Shown: positions 56,664 to 64,000 of the stretch, one piece after another
Position numbering within the stretch: position 1 is the first letter of the stretch
Layout: the number at the start of each line of letters is the position of its first letter
NCBI GenBank assembly: GCA_023271875.1
Contig: JALPWY010000001.1
Coordinates: forward strand, 6,091 to 70,090
From: Nitrospinaceae bacterium
Lineage (GTDB): Bacteria > Nitrospinota > Nitrospinia > Nitrospinales > VA-1
Reading direction: 5' to 3'
Length of the DNA: 64,000 nucleotides
Program-made: the position numbers and the translations under genes
The notes under the pieces: generated by a model
Database searches by the model: none
What the model was told of the DNA's origin: nothing
The model's input: only the letters and a program-made list of their open reading frames with translations

Positions 56664-58082
56664 TTATGTCGGGGCGTTGGTTGGAGCAATTGCATTTCGC
56701 CACAGTAATGCTAGTGGAGTATTTATCATGGATCGCATGATCCACTTTGGTTCAACTGCCCGGAGTACATGTCTAAAGCGTTGTATGCTTAAATAAAATT
56801 TTCGATTTGCTTCTCGTTTTAGTTTGACCAGGTCGTCTCCCTCCACCTCGCTTGCATTACATGATGCAGCATCGAAAGTATACTCAGAGAAATCTTCGAA
56901 GTTACTTTCTCTAGATTCGATAAAAGTCTGTCTTAAATCTGTTCCTGGATTCGGGATTACCAGTGAAAAATTAGCCGTTGTTAAACCCAGATCGCATGCA
57001 AAGTCTATTGTTTCTTTCATCTCGTCCCGAGTTTCAGATGGAAAACCTAACATGAAAAACCCATGGACACTCATTCGAGCACGTGTAAGTTTTTCAACGA
57101 CGTCATATATTATATTTATATCTAAATTCTTTTTTATCATGTCTTGAATTCTTTGAGAGCCGGACTCTATTCCCAATGCCATCCTATACACGCCGGCCCT
57201 TTGCATTTTATCAATCAACTCGTCATCAAAAAAATCTGCGCGTAATCCATTGGGGAACGATATGTGGATATTTAAATTTCTCTGGATGATGGCATCTAAA
57301 ACGATTTTGGCTCTTTTCATATTAACGTTGAATACATCGTCCACAATATGAAACTCTCTAATACCATATTCATTGATCAGGTATTCTATTTCATCAACTA
57401 CTGCCTTTGGTGAACGATACTGAATGGATTTATCAAAAATATCATGGCAGTAGGTGCATTTGAACGGGCATCCTCGTGAAGTCACTAAGGGAAGAAATCT
57501 TTTATTTCTAAAAACAGGGAAGAAATCCATGGAGGATTGAAAATTAAAATATCGTTCTAGATTAATTAAATTATACTCTTGATCAAATTTATCTAGATCA
57601 CGAATAACCGGTCGGTCCGCTGTACGAATATAAGATCCATTTTTTTTGTAAGCGATCCCCGGAACATTTTCAATATCCCTATCTTGTTCCAAGGCATCGA
57701 TCAACTCTACAATGGTAAGATCACCTTCCCCGCTTACCATCAAATCGACATTAGGGTCATTTAGAATAAATTGTGGCTCATGTGAGCAGTGAGGCCCACC
57801 AAAAACAATTTTTACCCCTGGGTTTATTTCTTTAACTTTAGCGGCATCGACAAATCCATATTTACACTCAATGGTCATAACCCCTATTCCGACAACTTGT
57901 GGGTCAAATGACCTCATGACAGACTCTAACTCTTCATCCGGAGAGTTAGAAATTCTAAGATCAAGGATTTTAACTTGGTGTCCAGCTCTTTTTAAGACAG
58001 AACCTATCGCCAATAAACCAAGAGGCAAGACACGTGCCATCGATTTTTTTTCTGCTGCTGGTCTCAATAATAAAACTTTCAT
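56664..58082 (-). CDS. B12-binding-domain radical SAM enzyme (class B-like)
   Basis: N-terminal Rossmann-like B12-binding region (KVLLLRP...GHQVKILD...VVGIGVMT). Radical SAM cluster SRGCPFKCTYCHD. Confidence 0.8.
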   Translation of the reverse strand: MKVLLLRPAAEKKSMARVLPLGLLAIGSVLKRAGHQVKILDLRISNSPDEELESVMRSFDPQVVGIGVMTIECKYGFVDAAKVKEINPGVKIVFGGPHCSHEPQFILNDPNVDLMVSGEGDLTIVELIDALEQDRDIENVPGIAYKKNGSYIRTADRPVIRDLDKFDQEYNLINLERYFNFQSSMDFFPVFRNKRFLPLVTSRGCPFKCTYCHDIFDKSIQYRSPKAVVDEIEYLINEYGIREFHIVDDVFNVNMKRAKIVLDAIIQRNLNIHISFPNGLRADFFDDELIDKMQRAGVYRMALGIESGSQRIQDMIKKNLDINIIYDVVEKLTRARMSVHGFFMLGFPSETRDEMKETIDFACDLGLTTANFSLVIPNPGTDLRQTFIESRESNFEDFSEYTFDAASCNASEVEGDDLVKLKREANRKFYLSIQRFRHVLRAVEPKWIMRSMINTPLALLWRNAIAPTNAPT

Positions 58083-58095
58083 ATATATCTATTCC

Positions 58096-59214
58096 TTATT
58101 TTTCTGATCCAATGTACTCGGACTGGCAACAACCTAGACAACCAGGAAATATTTTTTCGTTTTTAATTCGTTCACGGAACTCGCGCGACCTCTCTCCATT
58201 CCATGGAGAAATATTGCCTTCATTAACAAAACTCCCTAGTCTGTAATGAGGGCAACTAAAAATATCTCCATACGCAGAAAAGGCCATCTTAGTCCATGGA
58301 GTATAGCAACGGTAATTCTTATAAGAACTTTGATTAGAATAGTACCGAACAATTTCATCCGGTGTTATGTAGTTCGGCGAAAATCGTAGCTGAGATGAAT
58401 AGGCTTTCTCTCTTGTTAGCAATAAATCGAGTTGCCCTTTTAAAATTTTTGGATCGATCTCTTCGATTTGTGGCGTTTTTTCTAACAAGTGATTATCTTG
58501 GTCGTAATCTTTTGCATGCCAATAGGTTGCCGGGTTTTGCAAAACAAAGTTACAAACGTTAACTCCTAGTTTTTCAGCGTAATCATAAAGTGGTACTAAA
58601 TCCATCACATTACCCGAGCTAATTACACAAGTAAGGTGTATTAGGGGATATTTTTCACCAAATATTTTTCGTTGACCGACAAGACGTTCTAAACCCGCTC
58701 GTGTTTTTTTATATGAACCAGGAACCACCGTCACCTTGTCGTGAAACTCTTCACGGCCTTCAAGCGAAACTCCCATGTATAGCAATCCTGAACTAAATAA
58801 AGAACGCGTGCGGAGATCGATTAATTGTTTCACCACGTTCTCTGATAAAGACATTCCGTTCGTAATAATGTGAACCTTGTGATTATTGGCAGCATACTTC
58901 AATATATCCATGAAATCTGCCTTCATAAATGCCTCGCCACCAGTAAAGGTGATCAAGGTGGATCGAGGGAGTGATGCAATCGCGCGTTTTATTTGCTCAG
59001 TTGACAGCTCTTTTTTGTAGGTCTTATTATTTTCTGTGTCTTCTATAATTTCAAGAAAGTGGCACATGTCACAACGCAGGTTACACCGATAAGTCACTTC
59101 AAAATAAACATGCGCTGGAGGAAACGCACGGCCAGGATCAAGGTAATAAGGTAAGAAGGAATACAATCTAGGTAAAACCTTCTGTAGGCTTTTTAATGTA
59201 AATAAATTTGTCAT
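58096..59214 (-). CDS. radical SAM enzyme with SPASM-like C-terminal Cys motifs
   Basis: YRCNLRCDMCHF. C-terminal CYTPW...FSCPHY...PGCLGCCQSE. Confidence 0.8.
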   Translation of the reverse strand: MTNLFTLKSLQKVLPRLYSFLPYYLDPGRAFPPAHVYFEVTYRCNLRCDMCHFLEIIEDTENNKTYKKELSTEQIKRAIASLPRSTLITFTGGEAFMKADFMDILKYAANNHKVHIITNGMSLSENVVKQLIDLRTRSLFSSGLLYMGVSLEGREEFHDKVTVVPGSYKKTRAGLERLVGQRKIFGEKYPLIHLTCVISSGNVMDLVPLYDYAEKLGVNVCNFVLQNPATYWHAKDYDQDNHLLEKTPQIEEIDPKILKGQLDLLLTREKAYSSQLRFSPNYITPDEIVRYYSNQSSYKNYRCYTPWTKMAFSAYGDIFSCPHYRLGSFVNEGNISPWNGERSREFRERIKNEKIFPGCLGCCQSEYIGSEK

Positions 59215-59218
59215 TAGA

Positions 59219-59926
59219 TTAATTAGTATTCCAGTTCATTAAAACATCAAGGCTCTTATCACCAGCATTAAACAGAAGATCAACCAACGACATATTTGGT
59301 ATAAATCCAGAATATTGTTGCGAGTATCTCGGGTGATCGTACTCCTGATATTCCAACTCAACTCCCTTTTGTGAAAAGTCATCCCCTGATAAATAATCAT
59401 GGGCAAGACCTCCGGTAAGGTAGTGAGTTGCACCCATCTTTTGACAAAGGTTTAAAATTCGGTCAGCTTTTACCCCTTCCACCGAAATGGTGGATGACTT
59501 AAAAGTCTGAGTAGTTATTTTCAGAACCTCCTTAAGATATCCCGTCGTCTCGTAACATAAGTCTAGCAAAAACTCCCATCGCTTTTGATAAACAGAATCA
59601 AAATAGGGGTAATAGTTTTCAAAAAATGGGGCGTTCGAATAATTAAATCTGATTGCAGCGCAATGTTTTTTACTCCAATTGGTGGAATTATCGATACGCG
59701 TATCCTTGAGTAATTGCGTGTAAAGATTTTTTTGCTGTACAGGAACCGTCAACCAAGCCCAACCTTCATTAGTTCGTATCTTATTACGGTTTCTCCAATC
59801 ACGTCTCGTATATTGAACATCATCGAGATACACGAATTGATCCGCTCGCTCCATCTGCTCAAAATAACCAATCCACGGCAGATAGGATGGCTGCAATATC
59901 ACCACACGATTTGCCGGATAGGTCAC
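59219..59926 (-). CDS. WbqC-family protein
   Basis: VVILQPSYLPWIGYFEQM matches the WbqC N-terminal signature. I prefer GTG 59926 as the start because the track start at 59989 overlaps rfbB by 49 nt. Confidence 0.7.
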   Translation of the reverse strand: MTYPANRVVILQPSYLPWIGYFEQMERADQFVYLDDVQYTRRDWRNRNKIRTNEGWAWLTVPVQQKNLYTQLLKDTRIDNSTNWSKKHCAAIRFNYSNAPFFENYYPYFDSVYQKRWEFLLDLCYETTGYLKEVLKITTQTFKSSTISVEGVKADRILNLCQKMGATHYLTGGLAHDYLSGDDFSQKGVELEYQEYDHPRYSQQYSGFIPNMSLVDLLFNAGDKSLDVLMNWNTN

Positions 59927-59940
59927 TGACTCAACTTCGC

Positions 59941-60972
59941 TTATTTTTGTCCCCAAAGTTCTTTCATCCACAAAAATTTTTCCCACCACTGTTTGTTATT
60001 TTTATAAAATTCAACTGTCCGTTGGAGCCCATCATCTAAGTTGATTTTTGCAGTCCATCCTAGTAAACGGCGCGCCTTTTCAGTTGAAGAAATATGCCGA
60101 GAAACTTGGCCTGGTCTGTCTTTTACATGCTCAATCAAATTCTGAGATCTATCGACAAGGCCCAACACCTTCTGCGCTATAGTAAGGATATCTGTATCTA
60201 TACCTGTGCCTAAGTTTATTGCTTCACCAACTACCTTTTTAGAATCAGCGTGCATAATTAGGTCTAAAGCTTCGCAAGTATCCTCTACAAACATCCAGTC
60301 ACGCAAACTCTTGCCACCTCCATGAACTGTCAATTTCTGATCATTGAGTGCGCTAGTAATAAAATTAGGGATCGCTTTTTCTAAATGCTGAAATGGACCA
60401 TAGTTATTAAACGGTCTTACAATGACAGCGGGAAGTCCATAAGTATGCACATAAGAATAAACCAACCGATCCGCACCTGCCTTTGCTGCTGCGTATGGAC
60501 TCATAGGGTTTAAAGGATGATCCTCGCTCATTGGAGTATTTATAGCTGTCCCATAAACCTCCGAAGATGAAATATGAATAAAACGTTCTACAGGATGGTT
60601 AACTATTGCGTTTGCGAGCACCTGAGTGCCAATGACATCTGTTTCAAAAAATAATGAGTTGTCATAGATCGAGCGAGTCACGTGTGACTCTGCCGCAAAG
60701 TGAATCACAATATCGCTATCCGAAACTAACTGATTGACAATATCAGGTTGTGTTACGTTGCCGTGAGAAAACTGGAAGTGTCCGTTTGATTTTAAATTAT
60801 TTGAAATATTTTCCAGGTTTCCGGCATAAGTGAGCGCATCAAGAAGTTGTATCTTATAATTTGGATATTTCTTATGAATGTAGTTAATAAAATTACTTCC
60901 TATGAATCCAGCGCCACCAGTAACAAGAAGATTCTTTTTATGAGAAGTCATTTTTTTGGAGAGAATTGGCAA
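59941..60972 (-). CDS. rfbB: dTDP-glucose 4,6-dehydratase
   Basis: LVTGGAGFIGSNF, SSSEVYG, YAAAKAGAD (YxxxK), C-terminal WW-containing tail. Confidence 0.9.
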   Translation of the reverse strand: MPILSKKMTSHKKNLLVTGGAGFIGSNFINYIHKKYPNYKIQLLDALTYAGNLENISNNLKSNGHFQFSHGNVTQPDIVNQLVSDSDIVIHFAAESHVTRSIYDNSLFFETDVIGTQVLANAIVNHPVERFIHISSSEVYGTAINTPMSEDHPLNPMSPYAAAKAGADRLVYSYVHTYGLPAVIVRPFNNYGPFQHLEKAIPNFITSALNDQKLTVHGGGKSLRDWMFVEDTCEALDLIMHADSKKVVGEAINLGTGIDTDILTIAQKVLGLVDRSQNLIEHVKDRPGQVSRHISSTEKARRLLGWTAKINLDDGLQRTVEFYKNNKQWWEKFLWMKELWGQK

Positions 60973-61437
60973 AATCAGGTAGTCAGTTGTCTAAAGCCAC
61001 CTGATGATTTTACATTAAAAATGTTTGAGTTACGATAAACGCCCTGATATTACTTTTCGGACAAAAACATCTTTTCCTTTAGGCTCCAAAAGGCCTTTAA
61101 ATTGTTTTAAAATGGTTGTTTAGCCGAAAAAGCCATTGTGCCTCACGGGATATGGAGACTTTTTTACTGGGACTATAACCCTTTTAAAAATAAAAGCTTG
61201 CGGGTAAATGTGGTCTCAGTTTCAAATATTCATAATAGAATTGTGATCGAAGTTGGCTACTCTTTGCTGCCGTAGATAGGACCTTTCTACACATTCTCAG
61301 GCAAAAAGAACCAATAAACCACACCCGATATTTGTTAAATCCGAACCAAAAAATAGCTAAGTATAATTTTAGAACCACCAAAAAAAGGTGGAGTCTGATT
61401 ATGCAACTTCTTAAAGGTCTTCTGGAGTCGAGACTGC

Positions 61438-62103
61438 TTAAACCATCGCTACTAGTTCTCGAACGGTCTCCTCTATACCCTCTGCCACTTCTGAAATACT
61501 TTTACCCAACATGTAAGCAGGAGAGGTGATAATTTTATTTTCCTTATCTATAACAATTTTCTCCACTTCGCAATCTTGATGCTTGCTGCCTAAATTTTCT
61601 ATCTTCTGACTCCAATCTTTGTCATTACCGATTGTCAAGGTGGGAGATGCCGATTCATTTTCAAAAATTTTAGCGTACATAGCTGGTGCAATACATACCG
61701 CAGCCTGTGGTTTTTGTTTATTTTGAAATTCTCTAACAAGACGACTCACATCTGGATGTACTTCAGCATCCTCGCCCTTCACTGCCATAGTGCACAAGTT
61801 TTTTGCCGCACCAAACCCACCAGGAAACATTAAAGCATCGATGTCGTCCACCTTCACCTCACTAATATCTTTTATATCGCCGCGGGCGATACGTGCGGCC
61901 TCGACCAAAACATTTCGCTTTTCTCCTGCAACCTCTTCCCCGGTAAGATGATTCACTACATGCATTTGATCAACGTTCGGCGCCATACATACAGCTTCGG
62001 CGCCAGCGCGATCAATGGCAAGAAGAGTTATGACCGATTCATGAATCTCTGTTCCGTCATAAACCCCGCAACCTGAAAGAACCACCCCAATTTTCTTTTT
62101 CAT
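61438..62103 (-). CDS. elbB: ElbB-like DJ-1/PfpI-family protein (glyoxalase III / isoprenoid biosynthesis protein ElbB)
   Basis: KIGVVLSGCGVYDGTEIHE, LMFPGGFGAAKNLC. Strong SD GGAGGGAAAT upstream. Confidence 0.85.
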   Translation of the reverse strand: MKKKIGVVLSGCGVYDGTEIHESVITLLAIDRAGAEAVCMAPNVDQMHVVNHLTGEEVAGEKRNVLVEAARIARGDIKDISEVKVDDIDALMFPGGFGAAKNLCTMAVKGEDAEVHPDVSRLVREFQNKQKPQAAVCIAPAMYAKIFENESASPTLTIGNDKDWSQKIENLGSKHQDCEVEKIVIDKENKIITSPAYMLGKSISEVAEGIEETVRELVAMV

Positions 62104-62184
62104 ATTTCCCTCCTAATTATGTTTAGGCTAAAAAATAAGACCTCTGATGTTTTGCTGAAAAAATTAAAGACAAAAAATAACAAC

Positions 62185-63996
62185 TTATGGTTCATAGCAA
62201 TTGGTAATAGGCAAACGACGGTCTTTCCCAAACGCCTTAGGTGTAATTTTTATTCCGGGGGGACCTTGTCTGCGTTTATATTCACTATTGTCTACCAATT
62301 TAACTATTTTCTTAACTTCTTTCATGGGAAGTCCCATTCCCCTGAGCTCTTCCATTCCTTGATCTTCCTCTATATATCGGGCCAAAACTTTGTCCAGCAA
62401 TGAATACGGTGGCAGAGAATCTGTATCCTTCTGTCCTGGCCGCAATTCTGCTGATGGTTCTTTCGTAATAATTGTTTTTGGAATTAGGGCATAACCCTCA
62501 TTTTTGTTAATCCATTTCGATAATCGATATATCCATTTTTTTGGAACATCTTTAATAACGGCAAATCCTCCTGCCATATCACCATACAAAGTACAATAAC
62601 CAACACTGAATTCGCTTTTGTTCCCGGTAGTCAACACGAGCCAGCCCATTTTATTCGAAAGAGCCATCATTAAGTTACCTCGAATTCTGGCCTGTAGATT
62701 TTCTTCAGTAGTATCCGAAGGTAAATTTTTAAATACTTTAGAAAGAATTTTATCGTAGACCAGCATAGCTTCTTTTATTGGGAGTGAAATAATACGTATA
62801 CCCAAATTTTTTGCCAAAGCTTCTGAATCGTCAATACTTCCTCGCGAGGAATAACTAGAGGGCATGGTAATACCCACTACATTTTCTGATCCGATTGCCT
62901 TAGTAGCTATTACTGCTGTAAGAGCTGAATCAATTCCGCCACTCAAACCGACGGCCGCCTTACCAAAATCATTTTTTTTCATATAATCTCGGGTGCCAAG
63001 AACCAATGCCTTGAAAACTTCTTCTATCGACTCCATCTTACGGACCCGACGCTTTATGATAACCGGCTTTCTCTTATTGTTTGAAATAGCAGGGACATGG
63101 TATGTTCTGATCGATGAATTTATCAATTTTTTTAAATTTTGTTTTTTAGTCTTAGGATAAATTTTTAAATCCGCATAAATCATTTCCTCTTCAAACGCAT
63201 TGCCTTTTGCTAAAAAAGTCCCGTCCGGAGCGACCACAAGGCTGTGGCCATCAAAAACCAACTCATCCTGACCGCCTATCAAATTGGCATACACCACATG
63301 CGCTTTGTATTGGCGAGCACGTTGGCGAATCATGTTCTCACGTGTTTTACCTCTCCCTTTAAAATAAGGAGAGGATGAAATATTAATTAGAACATCCGCC
63401 TGCCCTTCTTCGCAAACCTTTTGGCCAGGCCCATTCACCTCCCAGATATCTTCACAAATACTTAAACCTATCTTTATTCCATTCATCACAAAGCAAGTTG
63501 GTTCATTACCCTCTATAAAATATCTTTTTTCATCGAAAACTCCATAGTTTGGAAGAATCATTTTTCTATAATTTCCAACAACCTTTCCTTTATGAAGCAA
63601 TGCGGCAGAGTTATATAAGCTTTTTTTTACTTTTTCAACATAACCAACAGCAGCTACAATTCCTTTCACGCTTAACGCCAAATGCTTTAAAAATTTTTTG
63701 TTTTTTGCAATAAAATCATCCTTAAGAAGTAAATCTTCCGGTGGATAACCTGTCAATGCAAGTTCTGGAAATAAAACCAGGTCGGCTCCAAATTTGGTAG
63801 CCTCCTTGAGACAACTTTGAATACGATTTACGTTGTATTTAAAATCTCCCACAACCGCATTCATCTGGGCAACGGCTATACGGAGATTCACCTGAGAAGA
63901 AGTTTGGCTATCTAGAGCCTTTGTCTTCCTCTGAATTTTCTCAGTAGCCCTTTTTTTTGATAGCGATTTTCTTTTTATCTTTCTTTCCCTCTCCAT
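62185..63996 (-). CDS. nadE: glutamine-dependent NAD+ synthetase
   Basis: N-terminal CN-hydrolase domain (FPELALTGYPPEDL, ICEDIW) plus NAD synthetase domain (GLSGGIDSALTA). The start may be GTG 63891 rather than ATG 63996, because the first 35 codons are a K/R-rich extension. Confidence 0.9.
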   Translation of the reverse strand: MERERKIKRKSLSKKRATEKIQRKTKALDSQTSSQVNLRIAVAQMNAVVGDFKYNVNRIQSCLKEATKFGADLVLFPELALTGYPPEDLLLKDDFIAKNKKFLKHLALSVKGIVAAVGYVEKVKKSLYNSAALLHKGKVVGNYRKMILPNYGVFDEKRYFIEGNEPTCFVMNGIKIGLSICEDIWEVNGPGQKVCEEGQADVLINISSSPYFKGRGKTRENMIRQRARQYKAHVVYANLIGGQDELVFDGHSLVVAPDGTFLAKGNAFEEEMIYADLKIYPKTKKQNLKKLINSSIRTYHVPAISNNKRKPVIIKRRVRKMESIEEVFKALVLGTRDYMKKNDFGKAAVGLSGGIDSALTAVIATKAIGSENVVGITMPSSYSSRGSIDDSEALAKNLGIRIISLPIKEAMLVYDKILSKVFKNLPSDTTEENLQARIRGNLMMALSNKMGWLVLTTGNKSEFSVGYCTLYGDMAGGFAVIKDVPKKWIYRLSKWINKNEGYALIPKTIITKEPSAELRPGQKDTDSLPPYSLLDKVLARYIEEDQGMEELRGMGLPMKEVKKIVKLVDNSEYKRRQGPPGIKITPKAFGKDRRLPITNCYEP

Positions 63997-64000
63997 ACAC

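Noticed and set aside
54752-59214. Interpretation of the SPASM-like radical SAM genes as a RiPP (peptide maturase) cluster
   Set aside because: I found no candidate precursor ORF on either strand in the 137-nt gap (56527-56663) or the flanks. The neighbours are sugar-nucleotide and glycosyltransferase genes.
61184-61529. Two 65-aa ORFs (one per strand) in the rfbB-elbB intergenic region
   Set aside because: They lack SD sequences and have odd composition. One overlaps the elbB 3' end. I treat them as non-coding.

Overview
This 64-kb window looks like ordinary chromosome from a moderately AT-rich bacterium that is probably diderm. The diderm inference rests on lipobox lipoproteins, MlaC-like, TonB-like and SPOR proteins, and an envelope-sugar cluster. 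I support about 60 protein-coding genes, mostly housekeeping: mdh, fumC, glnD, pheA-tyrA-cmk-rpsA-sppA-ihfB, aroC, rpoH, nadA, nadE, pyrF, smc and dinG. I recognised no rRNA, tRNA, CRISPR array, transposase or integrase. The most notable locus is a complete, translationally coupled bacterial proteasome and modifier-conjugation operon on the minus strand (31112-37445): AAA ATPase, Dop-like, small modifier, PrcB, PrcA, PafA-like. Its modifier gene is a 56-codon ORF at 34175-34345, below the ORF-track cutoff. It ends in RTGQ and is basic, which fits the UBact type of Gram-negative lineages rather than acidic actinobacterial Pup. Other accessory or unusual content follows. (1) A seven-gene cluster (53940-60972) pairs dTDP-glucose 4,6-dehydratase and WbqC with three radical SAM enzymes (one B12-binding), a GT2 and a methyltransferase, and may make an unusual lipid-linked deoxysugar. 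(2) A decayed patch (9906-10661) holds a frameshifted LexA-type wHTH remnant in frame with a class V aminotransferase, plus an arsC pseudogene. (3) glnD is interrupted by a 1-nt frameshift in a G8 run. (4) A coupled lipoprotein pair includes one SPOR fusion. (5) Two tandem secreted paralogs have no recognisable family. (6) An IPCT/DIPPS-like CDP-alcohol phosphatidyltransferase sits with a second nucleotidyltransferase-like gene and a TonB-like gene. (7) An RNI-type leucine-rich-repeat protein follows smc. All functional calls rest on motifs I could read in the translations. No database search was run.
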